From: Candidatus Zhuqueibacterota bacterium
GTDB lineage: Bacteria; Zhuqueibacterota; Zhuqueibacteria; Thermofontimicrobiales; Thermofontimicrobiaceae
Direction: 5' to 3'
DNA: 64,000 nucleotides
Assembly: GCA_049322915.1 (NCBI GenBank)
Contig: JBMOPW010000014.1
Coordinates: 669,527-733,526, forward strand
In this document: positions 38,309 to 46,697 of the stretch, in pieces
How the letters are laid out: each line of letters starts with the position of its first letter
Position numbering within the stretch: the first letter of the stretch is position 1
Program-made: the position numbers and the translations under genes
Notes under the pieces: generated by a model
Database searches by the model: none
What the model was told of the DNA's origin: nothing
Seen by the model: only the letters and a program-made list of their open reading frames with translations

Positions 38309-39568
38309 ATGCATATTCAACGACAAATTTTGCTTAAAATTTTGTCTCATTTGTCTGCCAAAGAAATGACGTTGATCACCGGCGCGCGCCAGGTGGGTAA
38401 AACAACGGTGATGAAGGAAGTCAAAGATATTTTAGATAAACAGGGCAATCAAACACTGTTTTTCAATCTCGACTTTGAAACCGATTTCAGCTATGTCGAA
38501 TCCCAGGGTAAATTCTTGCAAAAAGTTAAATTGGAATTCGGTGACAAGCCGGGATTTATTTTCATCGACGAAATCCAGCGAAAAGAAAATAGCGGCTTGT
38601 TTCTAAAAGGATTATTCGACAGGAATCTGCCTTACAGATTTATCGTGTCCGGGTCCGGCAGCATGGAATTAAAAGAAAAAATTCATGAATCCCTCACCGG
38701 CAGAAAACGAACGTTCGAATTATCGACCATTTCTTTCCGGGAATTTGTCAATTTCAGAACTGACTATCGCTACGAAAACAATCTCAATGATTTTTTTGAT
38801 GTGGAAAAAGAGCGAACAGAACTCCTTCTGAACGAATATTTGGCGTGCGGCGGCTACCCGCGTCTTGTTGTTGAATCCACAAAACAGGAAAAGAGCCAAT
38901 TAATCAATGAAATTTACACCAGCTACTTAAAACGAGACGTGGCCTATCTGCTGAATATTGATCGTCCTGAATTATTTACCCGGCTGATTCAATTACTCGC
39001 CCATGCCACAGGATCAATCCTGAATTACAGCACGTTAGCGTCCGATGTTGGCGTTTCCGTTCCAACATTAAAAAAATACTTCTGGTATGCAGAGAACACA
39101 TTCATTATAAAAATCATCACTCCATATTTTAAAAATAAACGCAAGGAAATTAAAAAATCGCCCGTCGTGTATTTTAACGACCTTGGCTTGAGAAATTTTG
39201 CCCTGAATCAATTTGGCAAAGAACATCTAATCGAGGGCGCCGGGCTGCTCTTCCAGAATTTTGTGTTTAATATCATTCAGGAATTAAATCAATACGCGTT
39301 TGCAGAAATCAATTTTTGGCGAACAACGGATCAGGCAGAGGTCGATTTTATCATTCATTCAGGCGATGAAATTGTTCCGGTCGAAACAAAATGTTCCCGC
39401 CTGAAAAATGACCGAGTAAGCCGATCGTTCAGGAATTTCATTGAGGCCTATGAACCCAAAAATGCATATATTGTCAATTTAGACTATACATCAGAAATGA
39501 AAATTAACAACACCACTGTAAAATTTTTACCCTACTATAAATTATACCAGGAAAAAATACTAGAGTGA
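38309..39568 (+). CDS. AAA+ ATPase (AAA_14 + DUF4143-type, COG1373-like)
   Basis: GARQVGKT, FIDEIQ, SGS, ESLTGR, GGYP, YFNDLGLRN, FWRT...EVDF...VETK. Confidence 0.9.
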   Translation: MHIQRQILLKILSHLSAKEMTLITGARQVGKTTVMKEVKDILDKQGNQTLFFNLDFETDFSYVESQGKFLQKVKLEFGDKPGFIFIDEIQRKENSGLFLKGLFDRNLPYRFIVSGSGSMELKEKIHESLTGRKRTFELSTISFREFVNFRTDYRYENNLNDFFDVEKERTELLLNEYLACGGYPRLVVESTKQEKSQLINEIYTSYLKRDVAYLLNIDRPELFTRLIQLLAHATGSILNYSTLASDVGVSVPTLKKYFWYAENTFIIKIITPYFKNKRKEIKKSPVVYFNDLGLRNFALNQFGKEHLIEGAGLLFQNFVFNIIQELNQYAFAEINFWRTTDQAEVDFIIHSGDEIVPVETKCSRLKNDRVSRSFRNFIEAYEPKNAYIVNLDYTSEMKINNTTVKFLPYYKLYQEKILE

Positions 39569-39771
39569 AAGAGTCGATTTAGTCATAACCTCACCTAACC
39601 TGGATGAACCAGAAATTCCAAAACACAAAAATCAAATCTTCATAAGGCAGAGCCTTTAAATAAATTGATCCGCCGAAGGAGGATAACAAATAAAATCCAA
39701 ACTTTAAAAAGACAAATTCAAAACAATATTATTTTAATATCTTCACTGGATCTATTTCAGCCTGTGGTAAA

Positions 39772-39930
39772 AATTCGAAAATCCCGAATCCCGAACATCG
39801 AATTACTAATCACCAACATCAAATATCCAATATCTAAAATCTAATATCCAACATCGAATATCGAAAATGAAAAATCGAATCACCATAACCAATCACCAGT
39901 TTACCAATACCCAGTCACCAATTCACCACC
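39772..39930 (+). repeat. Degenerate 7-nt-periodic A/C-rich array
   Basis: ATCCCGA ATCCCGA ACATCGA ATTACTA ATCACCA ACATCAA ATATCCA ATATCTA... Confidence 0.8.
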
Positions 39931-40014
39931 AAATCCCGTAGGGATGGGATATGGGTAGAAAAATTAGCCTCTGGATGAGAAAACCCCGTCAGGGGTGACA
40001 TATTATTTAAAACA
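39924..40014 (+). repeat. ~94-bp REP-like direct repeat, copy 2
   Basis: Matches 38003-38096 except for a variable middle segment. Confidence 0.85.
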
Positions 40015-40150
40015 CAAATTCCAAAATTACAGGTCACCAAATATCAAAAATTGCAGGATGGAACAGGGTTTGAAATTTATTATAAACTCACCCTAAAAAC
40101 GAAATACAAAAAACAATCTAACGGTAATTTTTCATTTCAGTAGTTTTTCT

Positions 40151-40394
40151 CATCCAACATCCAATAACAAGTATCGAACATCCAGTATCTAATATCCAAA
40201 ATCGAAAATCCCGAAACCCGAACACCAAATCACGAATCACAAATATCCAATTTCTAATATCTAATAACGAAACACTAATAACCAATCACCAATCAACAAT
40301 TCACAAATTCACCAATCACCAACATCCAACATCCAATATCGAATATCCAAAATCGAAAATCCCGAATCACCAATATCGAGTAACGAACATTAAA
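40151..40394 (+). repeat. Degenerate 7-nt-periodic A/C-rich array (>30 units)
   Basis: ACATCCA ATAACAA GTATCGA ACATCCA GTATCTA ATATCCA AAATCGA ... ATCACCA ATATCGA GTAACGA. Confidence 0.85.
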
Positions 40395-40497
40395 AATAAA
40401 TCTTGATTGTTAAAATATATTTGATAAATTATTATTGAATTTACAAGATGTAATGATATGTTTTCCCGGTTCATTTAAATATTGTGGTGTAAAATTA

Positions 40498-40788
40498 ATG
40501 TCTGAAAAAAATAGCGTAAATAATGACCAATTAAAGGAGTTCATCAATCGGCACAGTTTGCTTTGGTGGTGGGTGCCTGATGAGAAGAAAGAAAATTTAA
40601 GTTTGAAATCGGTAGTCGAAGCAATTCTGAATTATGGAAGTCTGTCAGACATTAAAGAATTATTCGAACTTGTTGGTTTAAAGACAGTTGCTGACGTTTT
40701 TTATGAGGCAACCAATAACCGCCAGCGTTCCAATTATTCTCCTGAAATTGAAAACTTTTTTAAACTGTACTTTGAACGTCATGCATGA
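40498..40788 (+). CDS. Small putative antitoxin (DUF6922-like)
   Basis: LWWW...VVEAILNYGSLSDIKELFELVG pattern. ATGCATGA overlap with the downstream AbiEii gene. A TTGATT..TAAATT promoter-like site lies at 40403-40430. Confidence 0.65.
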   Translation: MSEKNSVNNDQLKEFINRHSLLWWWVPDEKKENLSLKSVVEAILNYGSLSDIKELFELVGLKTVADVFYEATNNRQRSNYSPEIENFFKLYFERHA

Positions 40789-41398
40789 AGAAATTTTGAC
40801 AAACAGGCAAGTAGAATTGATTCCATTAATTCGTCTCTTCAATCGGTCTTTTTACCTGGTTGGCGGCACCGCAATCGCACTTTATCTTGGACACAGACAC
40901 TCAATCGATTTCGATTTATTTAATCCCAAAACATTGAATAGAAAGAATATTTATAATAAGATTATCGAAAACAATTTTCATATCGATAATACGCTGGTAG
41001 CGACGAATGAAGAATATACCTTAATTACCAACAGGGTAAAGATAACGTTTTATAATTTTCCCTTTGACATTCCGCATAAAATTAAATTTAAAAATATTAT
41101 AAGTATGCCGACATTACTGGACCTGGCTGCCATGAAAGCATACGCGCTGGGAAGAAGAGCGAAATGGAAAGACTATGTGGATCTTTATTTTATTCTACAG
41201 TATCATTACTCCCTGAATGAACTCTGCAAAAGAGCAGCAGAATTATTCGGTGATCTTTTTAGCGAAAAGTTGTTTCGGGCGCAATTATCATTTTTTGCTG
41301 ATATAGATTATTCAGAACCGGTGAGCTATGTTTCAGATTCAATTGATGAAAACGAAATCAAAGAGTTTTTAAAAGAAATAACAACCCGACCGTTGTAA
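40781..41398 (+). CDS. AbiEii/AbiGii-family nucleotidyltransferase
   Basis: FYLVGGTAIALYLGHRHSIDFDLF and LAAMKAYALGRRAKWKDYVDLY. Start at ATG 40781. Confidence 0.9.
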   Translation: MHEEILTNRQVELIPLIRLFNRSFYLVGGTAIALYLGHRHSIDFDLFNPKTLNRKNIYNKIIENNFHIDNTLVATNEEYTLITNRVKITFYNFPFDIPHKIKFKNIISMPTLLDLAAMKAYALGRRAKWKDYVDLYFILQYHYSLNELCKRAAELFGDLFSEKLFRAQLSFFADIDYSEPVSYVSDSIDENEIKEFLKEITTRPL

Positions 41399-41588
41399 AT
41401 TTCTCCAAACGTTCTGGAAATCTTTCCTGAATGCTGAAGCCAAATATACTGAAAATACCAAAGATCAACAGCCAGAAATCAAACAAGCCACAAAATCCAA
41501 CAATGAATCACCTTTAATCCTTGTTTTCCTAACGATAAAAAAATTGTAGGATTAAATTGGTGTTGGGATTTTTTATAAACTCACCTAA

Positions 41589-41749
41589 TCTGAATTATTC
41601 ATGAACTTGCTCAGAATTTGAGTCAACATTCAGATTTTCAATTAGCTAAAAGCTGAGCTATTTTAAAACTCAGTTTTTGTACGTTTATTCTAAAAAGAGC
41701 ACCATTCAGGTTAGCCAGCCTCCTTTAAAAATACTATGAATAATGCAGG
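41589..41749 (+). mobile_element. 161-bp MITE family A, copy 3
   Basis: Near-identical to 36177-36337, including the flanks. Confidence 0.85.
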
Positions 41750-42020
41750 CTGAATCCTCTCTTGAAAAGAGAGGACTTAAAAATGGGTCTGCGCTAAAAT
41801 GCCGGCAAAGGCATTGATGGGATGGTTCGGATATTTTTCCACGCCATGAATGACGTGGCAATTCAAATGAGCTATTCTCCCCCGACTTAAAAGTCGGGGC
41901 TATTCAAAGGGAAAAGAAATCAAACCCAATGTATCAACGCCTTTTAAGGCTTTTTGAGTCGACCCATAATAAAATAGAGGCATTTAACAACCCAAAAATC
42001 CAGTCTTCATTCCAGTTCAA

Positions 42021-42319
42021 ACAATCTTACATTCGAGAAAAATCGCCTCTCCTCTGAGAAATACAATTTTACATCCGAGAAATACAATCTTACAACCAGG
42101 AAATACAATCTTACATCCGAGAAATGCAATCTTACATTTGGGAAATACAATCTTACATCTGAGAAATGCAATCTTACATCCAGGAAATACGATTTTACAT
42201 CCGAGAAATGCAATCTTACATCCGAGAAATACAATTTTACATCTGAGAAATGCAATCTTACATCCAGGAAATGCAATTTTACATCTGAGAAATGCAATCT
42301 TACATCCGGGAAATGCAAT
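42021..42319. repeat. ~14 x 21-bp tandem repeat (RCAATYTTACATCCGAGAAAT)
   Basis: Units counted by eye. The minus-strand frame 42007-42318 is open as (H/Y)FSDV(R/K)L heptads. Confidence 0.92.
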
Positions 42320-42446
42320 GGTGCAACAAAGAAATGGCGACTTGTGAATGGTGAATTTTGAATGGTGAATGCTTATGTGGGAAGCGTGAATTTTAAAAGG
42401 GGCGGCCAGATGGAGACATCGCTTTTATGTGATTGGTGGACAGTAT

Positions 42447-42620
42447 CTAAGTATACCATTTCATAAATTTTTGGAGGGTTCATCCGTCATGCCCGTCCCG
42501 AAGCATCGGGATTAGCGGGCATTCACTGGATTCCCGCCAAAAACACGCGGGAATGACGATCAATGAAAACTCATTCTCACCATTGAAACCCTAAATAGAT
42601 TTGTGAAACGCTGTACTAAG
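42447..42620. mobile_element. MITE family C with CTAAG target duplication, carrying an internal REP
   Basis: CTAAG-TATACCATTTCATAAAT...ATTTGTGAAACGCTGTA-CTAAG. Confidence 0.65.
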
Positions 42621-42769
42621 TCGAAATCCCAGAAAATACAAAAAACAATTAACCCTTTGTTGAGCGAATAGCATTCAGCTTTCAGCACTTATTAAAAAAA
42701 AATAGAAACAGTTACAGGGTTTACCGCATTTGCTGACAGGGTAATTCCATCGCTGATCTTCACGGATTC

Positions 42770-42877
42770 TTAACCCTACAACGTCATTTAGTAAATTTAT
42801 CAAAATATGTTGAGTTTTTCATCTATCAAAAATACAATATACAACGATAAAAAATCTATGTGACGTAGTAGGGTTAA
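42770..42877 (-). mobile_element. ~108-bp MITE family B, copy 2 (inverted relative to copy 1)
   Basis: TTAA-CCCTACAACGTCA...TGACGTAGTAGGG-TTAA. Confidence 0.85.
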
Positions 42878-43290
42878 TTCATAAAGGCACCGAAGGACGC
42901 AGGTAAACCTGAAAAGATAAAAATTCAATAATCAACTAACACGCCAATCACAAAACCAAATTCCCAAAAATTTAACCCGGACAGGGATGTTCGGTTCTTC
43001 ATTCTAGAAAAAAGTCTGTAAATTTAAGATTTGTATTTGGAATTTGTTGAGTACCAGCCGCAGACAGGTGCGTTCTTTGGCGCATCTACCATTATCACCA
43101 TGCTGAAGCGTGGTGTTCAAAAATAATCCAGCCAGCTAACCAGCCGCTTCAGCGGCTTCTGGAATATATGAGTTGATTCGTTATCATTTTTTCTCAATAA
43201 AATTGTGAATAAAATTTTCGGTTTGGGGGAGTTAGACTATAAAACCACTATAACTCTCGTATCATTCAGGTTAAAGAAAAGGAGCCTGCC

Positions 43291-43935
43291 ATGACAAAAC
43301 GTGAAATGAACAAACTCATGATGTACAAATCCGTGAACGGATTGCTGAAAGAAAAGACGAGTATCACCACAACGGTTCCGGCGTTTGCGACTGTGGCGCA
43401 GCAGTTTCAGGCAGCGATCGATGCGATTGAAACCAAACATAAGGAACACAAGAGCGTGGCCAAAGGGCGGGCGCAGCAGAAGGGGGCGAATGAGGATGAA
43501 TTGGTGGACAGCCTGGTGACTGTCTGTTCCATTTTATACGTTTTAGCGGTGCAAACGGGCGATAAAGCGCTGCAGGAAGCGGTGCGGGTGAATGAATCCA
43601 TGCTGAAAAGGCTGCGGGATGTTGATCTGCTGAACCGCGCGAACACGATTTACAGTTACGCCAATAACAAAGCGGCGGAACTGGCGAATTATGGCCTGGA
43701 TGCGGCTTCTCTGACATCTCTGGGTGAAAAAATAAAAACATTTGGCGGCGCTCTGGAAAATACCGAAGTTGGGGCCGCAGAAAAGACAGCCGCCCGCCAT
43801 ACATTGAGCGAAGGGATAGACCATGCGGATCATGTGTTATATGATATGCTGGATCCACTGATGGAAATTTTCCGATCATCCCAGGTGGAGTTTTACAATC
43901 AATATATGAGCGCGCGAGTGATTAAGGATTTGTGA
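43291..43935 (+). CDS. Hypothetical all-alpha protein (N-term NKLMMYKSV, C-term FYNQYMSARVIKDL)
   Basis: 214-aa ORF with AAGGAG RBS. Visibly more GC-rich than its flanks. Confidence 0.8.
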   Translation: MTKREMNKLMMYKSVNGLLKEKTSITTTVPAFATVAQQFQAAIDAIETKHKEHKSVAKGRAQQKGANEDELVDSLVTVCSILYVLAVQTGDKALQEAVRVNESMLKRLRDVDLLNRANTIYSYANNKAAELANYGLDAASLTSLGEKIKTFGGALENTEVGAAEKTAARHTLSEGIDHADHVLYDMLDPLMEIFRSSQVEFYNQYMSARVIKDL

Positions 43936-44306
43936 GACCCTCTCATGGGGAATGCCATGCCGTCGCCGGGTGAAAAACGTGAGAAGTTGGAAGTCTGATA
44001 CCTGATAACAGATAGCAGATATCTGATGACGGATACTTAATGACAGAGTGGTTTTCGGATGCGCTACGCTGCCATGTCTGCGAATGTTTTTGATGCGCCC
44101 TGGCGTGCAGGCATCTCTTCACAGTCGCATGGGGGATCCCCGCATTCTCGGGAATGACATCATGTGTAAAAAATCCTAAAAACAATCTGTTCCGAGAGTA
44201 GTAAATATGTAGGTTACGTCGGGTATTCGATGCTTGCTATTTGAGTATTGGCGCCTGCATTTCTTCTTTTTTTATAATAAGTTGCATCGTACATCCACTA
44301 TTTTAT

Positions 44307-44514
44307 GTCTGTCCGAAAAATACAGGAAACCGTTAAAATGGTTTTAAAAAAACGATTTGGATTGCAAGGACACCGCGTTAAAACGTGGTGCTCGTTCAAT
44401 ATCTTATTTTAAATCAGCACCTCCAATTTATTGGGGTGTGGATGCAAATTGGATACTATTTCAATAACCATTTCAATGGTTTTCAATCATATAACTAACC
44501 ATTTTCGGACAGAC
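44307..44514. mobile_element. MITE family D enclosing a four-hairpin REP cluster
   Basis: Perfect 13-bp TIR GTCTGTCCGAAAA...TTTTCGGACAGAC, ending 73 bp before gmd. Confidence 0.75.
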
Positions 44515-44587
44515 TCAATTTAGAAGCTCATATCGAACAAAGAGAATTGAGCACCTAATTATAATTTTTTAGCAACTAAAGGATAAA

Positions 44588-45625
44588 TTGAAGACAGCAT
44601 TAATAACAGGAATCACCGGACAGGATGGCTCGTATTTAACTGAGTTGTTGATCCAGAAAGGCTATCAAGTCCATGGAATAATCCGACGCAGCAGTTCAAT
44701 TAATACCGGGCGGATTGATCATTTATACCGAGATCCTCATGTAAATAACCGAAAGATGATTTTACATTATGGGGATCTCATCGATTCAAGTAATTTAAGC
44801 CGATTGATTGAAAAAATACACCCGGATGAAATTTATAATTTGGGCGCGCAAAGCCATGTTCAGGTATCGTTTCAGGTCCCTGAATATACCGCAGAAGTGG
44901 ATGGCCTGGGAACGCTACGTTTGTTAGATGCAATTCGTGAAGTTGGCATCAAAACCAAATTCTATCAAGCCTCGACAAGTGAATTATTTGGTAAGGTTCT
45001 AGAAATTCCACAAACAGAAAACACCCCTTTTTATCCTCGTAGCCCTTACGGAGTTGCAAAGCTTTACGCCTACTGGATAGTTAAAAACTATCGGGAGGCT
45101 TATAATTTATATGCCTGTAATGGAATTTTATTCAATCATGAATCCCCGCGCCGTGGCGAAACATTTGTCACACGAAAGATTACGAGGGCTGTAGCACGGA
45201 TTAAAATGAATTTACAGGATAAACTGTATCTTGGTAATTTAAATGCAAAAAGAGACTGGGGGTATGCGCCTGACTATGTGGAAGGCATGTGGAAAATGCT
45301 GCAGCAAGACCAGCCGGATGATTTTATACTGGCAACGGGTGAAACACATTCAGTGCGGGAGTTTGCTGAATTGGCGTTTCAGGAAATTGGTATCGACCTG
45401 GAATGGAGTGGAAAGAATGAGGACGAGGCTGGAATTGACTCAAAAAATGGCAATGTGATGGTTAAGGTGGATAAAAATTACTACAGACCGACTGAAGTCG
45501 ATTTACTTATCGGAAATCCTGAAAAAGCAAGAGAAAAATTGGGATGGGAAATTAAAGTAAATTTTCATAATTTAGTTAAATTGATGGTTCAGGCTGATCT
45601 CGATGAATTACAAAACCGACAATAA
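44588..45625 (+). CDS. gmd: GDP-mannose 4,6-dehydratase
   Basis: [32 protein letters not shown] and [17 protein letters not shown] motifs. Confidence 0.97.
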   Translation: MKTALITGITGQDGSYLTELLIQKGYQVHGIIRRSSSINTGRIDHLYRDPHVNNRKMILHYGDLIDSSNLSRLIEKIHPDEIYNLGAQSHVQVSFQVPEYTAEVDGLGTLRLLDAIREVGIKTKFYQASTSELFGKVLEIPQTENTPFYPRSPYGVAKLYAYWIVKNYREAYNLYACNGILFNHESPRRGETFVTRKITRAVARIKMNLQDKLYLGNLNAKRDWGYAPDYVEGMWKMLQQDQPDDFILATGETHSVREFAELAFQEIGIDLEWSGKNEDEAGIDSKNGNVMVKVDKNYYRPTEVDLLIGNPEKAREKLGWEIKVNFHNLVKLMVQADLDELQNRQ

Positions 45626-45643
45626 ATTCTGCGGACAGAAACG

Positions 45644-46579
45644 ATGAATTATTTTAAAGATAAAAAGATAACAGTCACCGGAGGAAATGGTTTTCTCGGT
45701 AAATATGTGGTCAAAAAGCTACATGACCGTGGCGCTGAAAATGTCAACATAGCGGATATAGATCGTTATGATTTGACAAAAACAGAAGATGTTGTAAGAA
45801 TGTATGAAGAGCAGCGCCCGGATATCGTAATTCATTTAGCCGCCGTGGTCGGAGGGATAGGCGCAAACAGAGAAAATCCGGGCAAGTTTTTTTATGACAA
45901 TGCTATCATGGGAATTCAACTCATTGAATATGCCCGCAGATTTAATATTCAAAAATTTGTATGCATTGGGACTATTTGCGCCTACCCAAAATTTACACCG
46001 GTCCCTTTTAAAGAAGAAGATTTGTGGAACGGGTACCCTGAAGAAACAAACGCGCCGTATGGCCTGGCCAAAAAAATGCTCCTGGTTCAGCTCCAGGCGT
46101 ATCGCCAGCAGTATGGATTTAATGGCATTTATTTATTGCCGGTAAATTTGTATGGCCCGGGAGATAATTTTGATCCAAGATCTTCCCATGTTATTCCTGC
46201 CCTGATTAAAAAATGTGTAGATGCAGTTAGAGAAGGTAAAGACGAAATTGTTGTGTGGGGCACTGGGGAGGTATCGCGGGAATTCATTTATGTGGAAGAC
46301 GCAGCCGAAGGAATTGTGTTGGCAACTGAAAAATATGATAAACCCGAGCCTGTGAATATTGGTGCTGGATTTGAGATAATAATAAAAGATATAGTAAATT
46401 TAATAGCAAAATTGACTAATTTTAAGGGCAGGATTATTTGGGATAAGTCTAAACCTGATGGACAACCTCGGAGGATGTTGGATACTAGCAAAGCCTTCTA
46501 CGAATTCAATTTTAAAACAAAAATAAATATATCAACGGGATTGAAAGAAACGAATAAGTGGTATCTCGAGAATTTCTGA
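45644..46579 (+). CDS. fcl: GDP-L-fucose synthase family epimerase/reductase
   Basis: [28 protein letters not shown]...SHVIPALI and KPDGQPRR motifs. Confidence 0.92.
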   Translation: MNYFKDKKITVTGGNGFLGKYVVKKLHDRGAENVNIADIDRYDLTKTEDVVRMYEEQRPDIVIHLAAVVGGIGANRENPGKFFYDNAIMGIQLIEYARRFNIQKFVCIGTICAYPKFTPVPFKEEDLWNGYPEETNAPYGLAKKMLLVQLQAYRQQYGFNGIYLLPVNLYGPGDNFDPRSSHVIPALIKKCVDAVREGKDEIVVWGTGEVSREFIYVEDAAEGIVLATEKYDKPEPVNIGAGFEIIIKDIVNLIAKLTNFKGRIIWDKSKPDGQPRRMLDTSKAFYEFNFKTKINISTGLKETNKWYLENF

Positions 46580-46697
46580 ACTTAAAAGGTTTTAGGATTG
46601 ATTTATAAAAATTTCGTATAACCAAAAGTAGAAGTTAGAATCGCTTTTACAAAATCTATGTGATTTTTTAAAAAAATCAAACGGAAAGGTAGAAAAT

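Noticed and set aside
42021..42319. CRISPR array
   Set aside because: Units are contiguous with no unique spacers, and there are no cas genes.
31919..44587. Prophage, DGR or retron explanation for the island
   Set aside because: No phage structural genes, integrase or reverse transcriptase are present, and no adenine-specific TR/VR pair was seen.
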